Shown piece by piece: positions 19,891 to 29,390 of a DNA stretch of 64,000 bases. The position numbers and the translations under genes are program-made. The notes under the pieces were generated by a model. That model made no database searches. It was given only the letters and a program-made list of their open reading frames with translations, and was not told the DNA's origin. Position 1 is the stretch's first letter, and every line of letters starts with the position of its first letter. This DNA comes from an uncultured Clostridia bacterium (GTDB lineage: Bacteria; Bacillota; Clostridia; TANB77; CAG-508). The DNA is taken from NCBI GenBank assembly GCA_934154805.1, contig CAKPGM010000005.1:9188-73187 (forward strand). The letters are read 5' to 3'.

Positions 19891-20447
19891 CTCTCTTGTT
19901 CTCCTTCTTTAATTTGTCCTTTTATGTGATCTTCAATTTTTGCTCTTGTATTATTTATAGAAGAAATCCTTGTATTTCTAAACAAATTATTTCTTTGTAT
20001 TGAAGCCATAATTTCGTTTCTTGATTGAGCTAAATGGTTATTATCTATGTTTCTTTCATCAAAAGATAGCGTATGGTCTTCTGAAATTTCTTGTTTAGTT
20101 TTCAAAAGCCACGGCATACTTTTATCACCTTTTTGATATCTGCAAGCATTCCAACACGGATCATCATATAAACTATAATAATCATCTATGCAAATTATAC
20201 TATGATATCCGTCAGTTGGTAGTTTGTATGTTGTATATTTATTTTCTCCTTTACTGTCTGCCATATGAGTCGTATCTTTTTCTGCATAACAATCTACATT
20301 GTGAGAATTAATCCCTTTGAGTTTTAAAAGGTATTGCATTGCTCTTGTATAGCCTTCACATACACAAATATTTTCCATTATAGCATTATATGCTCCATTA
20401 GTTCCTCCCGCTGGTCCAACTCTCATTCTAAGACCTTTCATTCCCAT
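19887..20447 (-). CDS. Transglutaminase-like cysteine peptidase core fragment
   Basis: CVCEGYTRAMQYLLKLKGI (Cys), GYHSIICIDD (His) and LYDDPCW (Asp) occur in transglutaminase-core order. It probably continues the upstream LRR ORF. Confidence 0.5.
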   Translation of the reverse strand: MGMKGLRMRVGPAGGTNGAYNAIMENICVCEGYTRAMQYLLKLKGINSHNVDCYAEKDTTHMADSKGENKYTTYKLPTDGYHSIICIDDYYSLYDDPCWNACRYQKGDKSMPWLLKTKQEISEDHTLSFDERNIDNNHLAQSRNEIMASIQRNNLFRNTRISSINNTRAKIEDHIKGQIKEGEQER

Positions 20448-20460
20448 ATCTTTAGAGTGA

Positions 20461-21336
20461 TTATGCCCGATTTTTCATTCCTTCATAATCATATTTTACA
20501 TTTCTAGAAAGATAATCTTCTATTCCAATAATTATATCTTTACTACCAGCAGATTCAGGTACATTCTCTGAAAGTATTTTACATGCTTTATTATGTAGCT
20601 GTATCATTTGATAAGTGTTGATTTTTATTGCTCTGTTTCCATTTCTTCCTTCTCTCCAAGAAACTTGCCCACTATCAGATAATTCTTGAATACTTGAAAG
20701 TGCTTTTGAATTATATTCACCACTTTTTACATTATATCCAATAGCATTTGGAAATAATAGTACATCTAAGTTTACTTCTCCTAGTTCTGGGTTTTTCATT
20801 ATTATTTCATCAAGTCCTTCAATAGAAGTTAATCTATTATTACCGTAGCACTCAATTTTCCATAACTTACTTAATTTTTCCATTCCACTAATTTCCTCTA
20901 AGTGTTGATTGTGCGATATAGTCAAAATTTCTAATTGTTCAAGTTTAGAGACATCTATATAATCAGCTCTAGCTTGATTTACAATTGAAAGACTTTTTAG
21001 AGAAACACATTTTGCAATTTCCTTAAGATCTTCTTTTCCTATAGATTGAATGTTTTTCTGTTGTATATGTGCAGTAATGCCATCTGATTTAATTTCTAAG
21101 TTTTGCAGATTTGGAAGAAGGCTAATTCCTTCTAATTCACCTTGTGATGGTCCTTCTATTTCTAGAGATGTAATAAGTTCTACCTCTTCTCTTGAAAAAT
21201 TAAAGTCTACAAGTCCCAATTTATTTGTTCTACGTGAAATATTATATTTCTGCTCTAATATCTTCCAAACTCTTATTCCCAAGTTCATTGGTAATGTTAT
21301 TTTTTCGCCTTCTAAATTATCTTGCTTCTGTTGCAT
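20461..21336 (-). CDS. Leucine-rich repeat protein
   Basis: Repeats of about 22 aa such as LxxLxIxxNxxLxxIxGL (LPNLQNLEIKS, LKSLSIVNQ, LEQLEILTISHNQHLEEISGMEKLSKL). Confidence 0.65.
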   Translation of the reverse strand: MQQKQDNLEGEKITLPMNLGIRVWKILEQKYNISRRTNKLGLVDFNFSREEVELITSLEIEGPSQGELEGISLLPNLQNLEIKSDGITAHIQQKNIQSIGKEDLKEIAKCVSLKSLSIVNQARADYIDVSKLEQLEILTISHNQHLEEISGMEKLSKLWKIECYGNNRLTSIEGLDEIIMKNPELGEVNLDVLLFPNAIGYNVKSGEYNSKALSSIQELSDSGQVSWREGRNGNRAIKINTYQMIQLHNKACKILSENVPESAGSKDIIIGIEDYLSRNVKYDYEGMKNRA

Positions 21337-21495
21337 AAATTTTCTCCTTTAATTTCAATTTATTTATATCATTACAGTAGTAGAAAGTCAAGAAAAAGCT
21401 TATATATATTGTTTATTACATATAGTTGTGATATAATTTGTTATGTAATCTTTGCACTTTAACTTTAGTATTTTCAATGAAAGGACTGATATACT

Positions 21496-21708
21496 ATGGC
21501 AAAATACTTAGTAGCAATGGTTATTGGTGGTCTCGAAGATCCCCCCGAATTTGAATTCACAACTAAGCAAGTAATTGAAGCTTCTTCTAAGGAAGAGGCA
21601 GAGAAAATCTATAACGAATCAAATAATTGCAATTTCTTTTACGGAAAATGTGTCGGTGAATATGACGAAGCTACCAAAACTGTTTCCATTCCTATTAGCC
21701 TTTTGTGA
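21496..21708 (+). CDS. Hypothetical small protein
   Basis: GAAAGGA RBS, 70 aa, TGA stop immediately before a strong hairpin. Confidence 0.45.
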   Translation: MAKYLVAMVIGGLEDPPEFEFTTKQVIEASSKEEAEKIYNESNNCNFFYGKCVGEYDEATKTVSIPISLL

Positions 21709-21757
21709 TTGCTAAATTGCCAATTGGCATAGAGTTGCAATAAAGCCTAGAGTCCCT

Positions 21758-22231
21758 CTAGGCTTTATTGTTTATTTTTTTATATTCAGATTTGTCAAAT
21801 GCAAGAATTGGATAAAATACTAAGTCCAATATAATTATTCCAACTATAAATCCTATACCTTTTCCAAATTTTTTCACTAATAACGATTTCTGAGTTGCAT
21901 CCACTACATTCCATATTATAAATCCTATAATTCTTATAAAACTTACTGGTATAAATTGTATAAACACTAGTAATATCAAATATGGCGACACTCCAGATAT
22001 TTTATATAACAAAATATAATTATATACTGGTATTAAACTTTTCCAAGGCTTAATTCCAGCCTTTTTAAATATCTTCCACATCGAAGCTACTATTATTGTT
22101 ATAACTACTGCTGATAATAATATCCAAAATATTCTAGCAAACGCCAGACCTGCTTCATAAGCTTCTTGATTCATATTTCCATTTAATAAGCTTTCAATTA
22201 TTCTTAAATATTCATCTATATTAAACTTCAT
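21758..22231 (-). CDS. DUF5684-like small membrane protein
   Basis: MWKIFKKAGIKPWKSLIPVYNYILLYKISG matches the conserved core of the DUF5684 membrane family. Confidence 0.6.
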   Translation of the reverse strand: MKFNIDEYLRIIESLLNGNMNQEAYEAGLAFARIFWILLSAVVITIIVASMWKIFKKAGIKPWKSLIPVYNYILLYKISGVSPYLILLVFIQFIPVSFIRIIGFIIWNVVDATQKSLLVKKFGKGIGFIVGIIILDLVFYPILAFDKSEYKKINNKA

Positions 22232-22330
22232 AACTCACCTCTTTTGTTATTTTCTTTATTATAACTCACTACAGATTTTATTACAATAATTAATATAACG
22301 AAAAATGTAGTCAAAGCTGACTACATTTTT

Positions 22331-22834
22331 CTAGTGACTCCTAGTGATTTTTATTGTTGCCAATTTATGATACAAAAAATTAGTATCATAATAATTCGGT
22401 CCACTTAGTTCTGCTACTGAACGGTATCTTCTTTTCTCCGTCCACTTTCCATTCTCTCCTCTGATAAAATGAAAATCCCCAATTTTTCCATTTGCCCATA
22501 TTACAGCATACAATTTAATATAGTAGACATTTTGGATGTCAAAGTCTATGTCTTCTTCCGATATAATTTCATACTTTAGTCCAAAAACTTTAAGATCCTT
22601 TTGCATAAGTTCTACTAATTCCTGAGTTGAATAGTATTCCTGGTCAATAGCTTTCTCGCCAGAAACCAATCCTAACCTATATAACTTTATTTCAGGAAAT
22701 GTTGCTCCAATTGCATAAGCAAAACAATTTGTATTATTTTTCACATTGGTGTTTTCATATTCTTTGTATTCTAATGGATTTTGAACTTGCGACCGAACTA
22801 TCTCTATGCTCTCGCTTAAATTCACATAAATCAC
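22331..22834 (-). CDS. Hypothetical protein with a possible papain-like Cys/His pair
   Basis: NCFAYAIG ... GDFHFIRGENGKWTEKRR arrangement. Terminator AATGTAGTCA/TGACTACATT lies downstream. Confidence 0.45.
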   Translation of the reverse strand: MIYVNLSESIEIVRSQVQNPLEYKEYENTNVKNNTNCFAYAIGATFPEIKLYRLGLVSGEKAIDQEYYSTQELVELMQKDLKVFGLKYEIISEEDIDFDIQNVYYIKLYAVIWANGKIGDFHFIRGENGKWTEKRRYRSVAELSGPNYYDTNFLYHKLATIKITRSH

Positions 22835-23281
22835 TCCTTAGAAATTTGATTTCTCCTATATTATACCATATTAACAGAAATTTCTCAAGATTATGTATAC
22901 ATTAACAAATTTATGTTAATATATTATAATATTATGATTATTTGTACCCAAAAAGTAATTATTTCATATGTCAAAAATCATATTGCTGTTCACTAGGTAA
23001 ACACTCTCAAATAAAACCGACTGTCGTTAGCGACAATCGGTTTTATTTTTGTGTGGTTTAATCGTCTTTACGTCGTGTTGATGTACACAAACATTGTCCA
23101 AATGTCATAATCTGGAATACTACATAGTAATCTATATCAAATAACTTTGTAGCACACCAAGTGACAGACAAAGTTATAGCAACTATTACTTGATACTTGC
23201 AATTTCATTTTTTATATGGTAAACTCGACATTGTACAAGATACAAAATCAACTAACAAAACATAAGTATGAGGATATTATA

Positions 23282-23938
23282 ATGAGTATAGAAAATAAGA
23301 AAACCGTTGAAATATATAAAGAAAAGGCAAATACATATTTAGAAATAAGTATTAAACATGATAAACTTGATCCAGAAAAAGCAATTAATAAACGTAAGAA
23401 ATTAAATAATTTTTTAAAAGATTCTTTTCAATCATTGCCTGAAAATTCAAAAATATTAGAAATAGGTGCAGCCGATGGTGTGAATTCGAAATACCTTGAA
23501 AGTTTAGGCTACAATGTAACTGCAAGCGACATTGCAGAAGATTTCATAAGTGCATCTAAGAATAATGGTTTAAATACTATAAAATTCAATATATTAGAAG
23601 ATAATTTTAATGAAAAATATTCTGGAATTTTAGCTTGGAGGGTATTTGTTCATTTTACTGAGGAAGACATTTTTGATGCCTTAAATAAATCTTATGAAAA
23701 TCTTGAAACTAATGGTATTCTTGTTTTTAATGTTATAAATCGAGAAACAAAAGATGTTGATAATGAATGGGTTGATTTTTCTAATGAATATCATATGGGC
23801 GTAGAACGATATTACAATTATTTTAGTAAAGAAACCTTAGATAATATTATTTTAAAAACTAATTTCAAAATACAAGATTTTCATACAGAAGGTGGCGATA
23901 ACAACAATAAATGGTTAGTATATGTTTTAAAGAAATAA
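23282..23938 (+). CDS. Class I SAM-dependent methyltransferase
   Basis: ILEIGAADGVNSKYL motif I (GxGxG-like) and acidic motif II (VTASDIAE). Start moved to MSIENKK, which has a GAGGA RBS. Confidence 0.75.
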   Translation: MSIENKKTVEIYKEKANTYLEISIKHDKLDPEKAINKRKKLNNFLKDSFQSLPENSKILEIGAADGVNSKYLESLGYNVTASDIAEDFISASKNNGLNTIKFNILEDNFNEKYSGILAWRVFVHFTEEDIFDALNKSYENLETNGILVFNVINRETKDVDNEWVDFSNEYHMGVERYYNYFSKETLDNIILKTNFKIQDFHTEGGDNNNKWLVYVLKK

Positions 23939-23949
23939 GTTTGTTTTTA

Positions 23950-25554
23950 CTAATCCCTTTCTCCAGCATCAATCTCTCTGTTTTTTATATATTCGAAAAA
24001 ACTATTTAAATCTGAATTAGCCCATTTAACAGAATCTTCTTTTCCTACTTTTTTAGCATTTTCTAATAATCTATTATATAAATAATCTATAATATCAAAT
24101 GCTGTATCTCCTTTTTCTGTACGTATCATAGTTAATTTTTCCGGACTAATAGCATGGTTTGCTTTCCCTTTTATATCTCTTTCAGGATTTTGTTCAAACA
24201 TTTTTCTTAAACTTTCCCTCGAAAAATCTTTTGCAAAGACGCCATCATACTGATCTTCTATTATAAAATCTTCTCCTTCTTTGGCACTAACTTGGAAATA
24301 AATTTCATCTTTAAATCTTTTCTCCATAGCATCATAAACTGTTTTTTCATCAATTTGTTCTTGACTAGAATAATCTTTTATATCAAAATACCTTCTATAT
24401 TTTTCAGGAATATCACAAACTCTTAGTTTTTTAAATTCGTGAATGAATGAATTTTTTATTTCAATTATTCCTTTTCCCCCTCGTGAAAGATATACTCTTG
24501 ATTTCTCTTCATTTTTCATTTTTGAAGCACCACCAATTTGTGGTTTTAATCCTTCTCTACTTATTCTTCCTAAATTATCTCTTCTTGTAAAATGGAAATA
24601 TGAATTATTTAAATCAATCTCACTAACATCGACTTGTTCTATACTACTTTGTTGTTGTATTTCCAACTCTTGACTTACCATTTCATTCTCCGTTTCATCA
24701 GTCAATGGTGTATCTGACATTTCTTCTAATACTTGCTTTCCTAAAATAGGAGTATCAACTTGTTGATCAGGAGGCAAAAATGTAGGTATATCTACAACAT
24801 CAGGTATTTCAATTTCTTGTTCACCTACTAATTCTCTCATTTCTGTTAAATTTTGTGGTATAACTCCAAATTCATTTTCTATTACTTCTCTTGCCATTTG
24901 AATTAAATCAACTACAGAAGACTCTTTTCCCATTAGTGAGCCTAATATATATTCTCTATAAGCATTACTAAATTGTGGATTGGCATGTAAATACTCTGCT
25001 AATCCCTTTGCTTGTCCCGACATTATGCCCAATTCCATTTCTAACATTGTATTAAATGATGTCATATTTGCATTAAAACATTCTTCTACTTTGAAATCTT
25101 GATTAACTTCAAAAAAGTCTGTATCTATAATTTTTATTCTATCTCTTTTTTCATCCCACATTATTCCTCCTTGATTTAAATCTTGAAAGAATACTCTATC
25201 TTGTGCCAAATCTCTTATATCTTGTTCTGCTTTTTTTATTGCGCCTATTAATGTATCTAAATCAATTTTTTCCACTTTTTCTTGTAATTGTTGTCCATCA
25301 ACATATTCCATTGTATATCCTTGAAATTTTCCATCAATTTCAACTCTATTTTGTGGAAATGCACAAATATCATTATTAATTCTTAGTAATTGTTCGAATT
25401 GTTCTTCGTTATGAAGTTTCATACCACTTTCATTTAATACTTTAACAACTTGATTATCTCCATATTTATATACAACTGAACAAGCACCTCTTCCTAATAC
25501 TTGCATTTTATTTAACATCTCTGAATTTATTTTAATTATTTCATTTTTAGCCAT
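23950..25554 (-). CDS. Two-domain protein: atypical protein-kinase-like N-terminus plus a C-terminal domain opening with an ART/Tpt1-like H-x-T motif
   Basis: LGRGACSVVYK..VVKVL (G-loop plus Lys) and FQDLNQGGIMWD...IKIIDTDFF (catalytic and DFG-like). Later YFHFTRRDNLGRISREGLKP...SRVYLSRGG resembles the lyHGT..l.sI...GL.p...vhLS pattern of 2'-phosphotransferase/ADP-ribosyltransferase folds. Confidence 0.45.
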   Translation of the reverse strand: MAKNEIIKINSEMLNKMQVLGRGACSVVYKYGDNQVVKVLNESGMKLHNEEQFEQLLRINNDICAFPQNRVEIDGKFQGYTMEYVDGQQLQEKVEKIDLDTLIGAIKKAEQDIRDLAQDRVFFQDLNQGGIMWDEKRDRIKIIDTDFFEVNQDFKVEECFNANMTSFNTMLEMELGIMSGQAKGLAEYLHANPQFSNAYREYILGSLMGKESSVVDLIQMAREVIENEFGVIPQNLTEMRELVGEQEIEIPDVVDIPTFLPPDQQVDTPILGKQVLEEMSDTPLTDETENEMVSQELEIQQQSSIEQVDVSEIDLNNSYFHFTRRDNLGRISREGLKPQIGGASKMKNEEKSRVYLSRGGKGIIEIKNSFIHEFKKLRVCDIPEKYRRYFDIKDYSSQEQIDEKTVYDAMEKRFKDEIYFQVSAKEGEDFIIEDQYDGVFAKDFSRESLRKMFEQNPERDIKGKANHAISPEKLTMIRTEKGDTAFDIIDYLYNRLLENAKKVGKEDSVKWANSDLNSFFEYIKNREIDAGERD

Positions 25555-25596
25555 AAACAATCCTTCATTCGTTTTTTCTTAATAGTATAAGAAATA

Positions 25597-26043
25597 TTAT
25601 TTTATTTTTAAAAATTTTTTAATTTTATTAAAAACTCTTGTAATAAAATTTGCTTTATAGACTGCCATTTCAGTAACTTCTTTTGCTTCTGTTTTACCAC
25701 AAATATCTTGTTTTTTAAATATATTTTCAGTATCATATAATGACTTTTTTTGTTCTTCTAAAATTAATCTATCATTTTCTTGTTTTTTGATAATTTTCTC
25801 TCTTTGTATTTCTGTTGCCCAATAATCTCTAAATAATATTCCTATTATTGCTTTTGCTCTTTTAGAAACGTTTTGTTCATCTAGTGTCTTTTCAGGATTA
25901 TATGTAAATTTATATTCTTTATTCGAATTCAGCTTAAATAATTCTATTTTACTTGCAGGGATCTTCTCATAATCTTCTTTAGAAATAAACTTTAATATCT
26001 CTAAAACTTCACTATAAGCATTTGCATATTCTACACTAACCAT
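25597..26043 (-). CDS. Hypothetical small protein, paralog of 19450..19890
   Basis: See 19450..19890; the same conserved blocks are present. Confidence 0.6.
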   Translation of the reverse strand: MVSVEYANAYSEVLEILKFISKEDYEKIPASKIELFKLNSNKEYKFTYNPEKTLDEQNVSKRAKAIIGILFRDYWATEIQREKIIKKQENDRLILEEQKKSLYDTENIFKKQDICGKTEAKEVTEMAVYKANFITRVFNKIKKFLKIK

Positions 26044-26063
26044 TTTATCCTCTTTTCATAGTG

Positions 26064-27008
26064 TTATTTTAATATAAGGAATAAAATAGCACTAATAACT
26101 AATTGTACGAGTAAAATTATTCTAGTAACTTTATATATTTTTTCAATCTTTTTTCTTCTCTTTTCTGCATCCCAGTATTTTCCAAAATGTACTTCTGAAT
26201 GTTCTACATAGTCATCAACATCATCAGTATAATTTCCTTTGCCAGTAGAATAATTATATCCTGTATATTTTGTATTTGGTAATAGTGGTCTATATATTGA
26301 TAGAATATACCAATATGAAAATATATTTCCTAATAAAATAGCAATAAACCACTGTCCAAATATCAAAAAGTATTTATTATTTAGATATTCATTAACAAAA
26401 GGAGATATCTTGCTGATATTTAATTTTATTATAGCATATAAAATATAAGACAAAATTATTCCTACAGATATTGTGAAACATTGTGTTCTTATTTTTCTAT
26501 GTTTCATGGTTTTATTATATCTGTCTTCATTATCTTCTAAAATATTCATAACTTCTGAATATAAATTATGTGCTTCATTTTCTTGGTTGGTAGTATCTAC
26601 ATCTATAGTAACATCAAATTCTCTAAAATATAATGAAACATTAATTTTATTATATATATCATTAATAGTATTATTTGGACCTTTTGTATAAAAGCTAACA
26701 TATAAATCTATAGCTATGCTTTTTATTATACTTGGCTGATTTAAGTTTTGTGCAAACCAGTTATAATCACTTTCTTTTATATTCTTCCCATTTTTAAATT
26801 CTATTGTGTAATTTATCGTCGTATTTCCATTTTCATATTCCCATTGCTTTTCTCCATAAGGAATATTCTTATTTTTATTTTGTTCTAATTCAAATTTTCT
26901 ATCATATTCTTCTTTGTATTTTTCTAAATAATTAGCAACTTTTACTATAGTTTCTAATGGTATTTGTTTATTTATTACTTTATTATTCATCATAAATTCT
27001 CTTTTCAT
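26064..27008 (-). CDS. Hypothetical membrane protein (soluble N-domain plus about 3 TM helices)
   Basis: Hydrophobic segments FTISVGIILSYILYAIIKL, LIFGQWFIAILLGNIFSYWYIL and VTRIILLVQLVISAILFLIL. Start codon is uncertain. Confidence 0.5.
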   Translation of the reverse strand: MKREFMMNNKVINKQIPLETIVKVANYLEKYKEEYDRKFELEQNKNKNIPYGEKQWEYENGNTTINYTIEFKNGKNIKESDYNWFAQNLNQPSIIKSIAIDLYVSFYTKGPNNTINDIYNKINVSLYFREFDVTIDVDTTNQENEAHNLYSEVMNILEDNEDRYNKTMKHRKIRTQCFTISVGIILSYILYAIIKLNISKISPFVNEYLNNKYFLIFGQWFIAILLGNIFSYWYILSIYRPLLPNTKYTGYNYSTGKGNYTDDVDDYVEHSEVHFGKYWDAEKRRKKIEKIYKVTRIILLVQLVISAILFLILK

Positions 27009-27132
27009 AATCTTATTATATATATAAATTAACAGATTTTTTCATAAAAATCAAGAAATTTAATTAAAAAGTTTTGCGAAAATTTGTTTCTTTTATATTG
27101 ATTTATTTTAAATTGCGTGCTATACTAGTTCA

Positions 27133-27366
27133 CATAGGAAATGAGAATAAGCAGATGTGGTTTTGCCACCAATTTCACGAATCTTCGTAGGAAGGGTGGT
27201 GATCTTTATGGTTAAAGTGATACTATTTTTATAATATCCTTTATGTTATCTTTAACATTAAACGTTGCCTTGACAGCAGTTCTGTATAAGAACTGGGTTT
27301 GATAAGCAACTACATAAATAAAAAAAGCTCACATCTGTAAATTTGGCGATTTAGATGTGAGTTTTT
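27133..27366 (+). ncRNA. Candidate structured small RNA (orphan promoter-to-terminator unit)
   Basis: Promoter TTGATT (27098-27103), N17, TATACT (27121-27126). Internal hairpins CCACC..ACGAA tc TTCGT..GGGTGG and CAGTTCT gtata AGAACTG. Terminator GCTCACATCT/AGATGTGAG plus T5 at 27327-27366. No credible ORF. Confidence 0.3.
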
Positions 27367-27493
27367 ATATCTATTCGGCAAAACCACGTTTGTGGATTTG
27401 TCATTTCCTATATTTATTATACACAGATATTTAAGAAAAGTCAAATAAAATTTTACACTATCGACATTATCGAAAAATTTTTTGAAATATGTA

Positions 27494-27523
27494 TTGACAA
27501 AAGCAGTTAGTTTGTAGTACAAT
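27494..27523 (+). promoter_or_regulatory. Promoter of tRNA-Leu
   Basis: TTGACA (27494-27499), N18, TACAAT (27518-27523). Confidence 0.6.
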
Positions 27524-27552
27524 AATTTTGTTAGCCAGTAAAGTACATATAT

Positions 27553-27640
27553 GCAGATGTGGCGGAACTGGTAGACGCACAGGACTTAAAATCCTGCGGT
27601 TGAATAAACCGTGCCGGTTCGATTCCGGCCATCTGCACCA
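27553..27640 (+). tRNA. tRNA-Leu (anticodon UAA), class II with a long variable arm and encoded CCA
   Basis: Acceptor GCAGATG/CATCTGC, anticodon loop CUUAAAA, T-arm GGTTCGATTCC, 3' ACCA. Confidence 0.93.
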
Positions 27641-27674
27641 AAAGATTAAATCGTCGCACCAGACGAAAACCAAG

Positions 27675-27705
27675 AAATCAACTGTAAAAGGTTGATTTTT
27701 TTTTT
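27675..27705 (+). terminator. Terminator after tRNA-Leu
   Basis: AAATCAAC / GTTGATTT stem followed by a T10 run. Confidence 0.7.
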
Positions 27706-27740
27706 GATGCCTTTTATTGAGGATGGTGTGATATGATTAA

Positions 27741-27932
<192 letters not shown>

Positions 27933-28100
27933 CTGATAAAAAAGTAACAAATACAGAAAAGGTAGATAAAGAAATTGAAGGTAGATAAAGAAATTGAGAG
28001 TTTACAAAAACAATAAATAAAAAATAAATATTGAAAAGCACTTGACAGTAACAAACAAATGTTTTATACTATATATAGTTTTATATACGGATGTGAAATT

Positions 28101-29066
28101 ATGGAAAATGAAATAAATAATTTGATAGTTCAAGACAACCTATCAAATGAAGAAATAAAGAATTTAATATATACTATAAGAGGAAAACAAGTAATGCTAG
28201 ATAGTGATGTGGCAATGCTATATCACTATGAAACTAAAAAAATAAATCAAGCTGTAAAGAGGAATATAGAGAGGTTTCCAGAAAAGTTTTGTTTTCAGTT
28301 AACAGAAGAAGAGTTTTCTAGTTTAAGGTCACAAATTGTGACCTTAAACCAAACTACTGTACAAGACAATTTTGAGGATTCTTCTCTAAGGTCGCAATTT
28401 GCTGCCTTAAATGAAAATACTGGTAGAGGTAAACATCGTAAATATTTGCCATATGTTTTTACTGAACAAGGTATAGCAATGTTATCTGGTTTGCTTAAAA
28501 ATGATATAGCAATTCAAGTAAGCATAAATATAATGGATGCTTTTGTAGAGATGAGAAAATTTTTAATGGTTAATAGACAGCTGTTTGAAAGATTAACAAA
28601 TGTAGAGTATAAATTATTAGAACATGACAAAAAATTTGATAAAGTATTTGACCAGTTACAAAATGAAGAAAATATTAAACAAAAAATATTCTTTGAAGGA
28701 CAAATATATGATGCATACAGTTTAATAATTGATATTATTAAAAAAGCAAGCAAGAAAATTTTAATAATAGATAATTATATAGATGATAGTGTTTTGAAAA
28801 TGCTTACAAAGAAAAATAAGAATGTTGAAGTTGTAATATTAACTTCTAATAAAAGCAATATACAAAAAATTGATATTCAAAAATTTAATAAAGAATATCC
28901 AATATTAAAAGTTGCTGAAACAAATAAATTTCACGATAGATTTATAGTAATAGATAATAAAGAAATGTATCATCTAGGTGCTTCAATAAAAGATTTAGGC
29001 AAAAAGTGCTTTGGAATTAACAAAATTGAAGATTTAGATATTGTAGAAAAAGTTATTAATTTATAA
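28101..29066 (+). CDS. ORF6N domain-containing protein
   Basis: IRGKQVMLDSDVAMLYHYETKKINQAVKRNIERFPEKFCFQLT is the ORF6N DNA-binding domain. Confidence 0.75.
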   Translation: MENEINNLIVQDNLSNEEIKNLIYTIRGKQVMLDSDVAMLYHYETKKINQAVKRNIERFPEKFCFQLTEEEFSSLRSQIVTLNQTTVQDNFEDSSLRSQFAALNENTGRGKHRKYLPYVFTEQGIAMLSGLLKNDIAIQVSINIMDAFVEMRKFLMVNRQLFERLTNVEYKLLEHDKKFDKVFDQLQNEENIKQKIFFEGQIYDAYSLIIDIIKKASKKILIIDNYIDDSVLKMLTKKNKNVEVVILTSNKSNIQKIDIQKFNKEYPILKVAETNKFHDRFIVIDNKEMYHLGASIKDLGKKCFGINKIEDLDIVEKVINL

Positions 29067-29390
29067 TTAAAATAGAATAGATTTGTGTATAACATTACTT
29101 ATTTCCCATACAACACTAAATATATAATTTATGAATAACAACATTAAAGCTTTGCTTTAATGTTGTTTTGTTTTAGAATGCCGGAAATCGAAAAGAAAGA
29201 TTCCATTTTCATTTTCTTATACTCGTATCCCATTTGTCGAATTTTGCTTGTTTTTCTGAATATTTCACAAAATGTTCACAGTTTCTCCTTGACTTATATA
29301 TTTTTTGTTTTTATAATAGTTTATACGCAACACTCGTGTTTTCTGAGTTTTGCATTACATTATACTTATAAAAATATAGGAGGTTTTTAT

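Noticed and set aside
21706-21708. An alternative genetic code (TGA as Trp), considered because of the extreme AT content
   Set aside because: Trp is encoded by TGG throughout the recognisable proteins. TGA also ends the ORF 21496..21708 directly before a terminator hairpin, and long housekeeping ORFs are intact under code 11.
27151-27160. The 10-nt identity GCAGATGTGG with the 5' end of tRNA-Leu (27553-27562) as an att-site duplicate
   Set aside because: It is too short to distinguish from chance. It matches the 5' end of the tRNA rather than the 3' end, and no second boundary repeat was found.
27310-27673. Track ORFs 27310..27522 and 27467..27673 on the minus strand
   Set aside because: They overlap the tRNA-Leu gene, its promoter and a terminator hairpin, and they have no RBS. 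They are artefacts of the six-frame translation.
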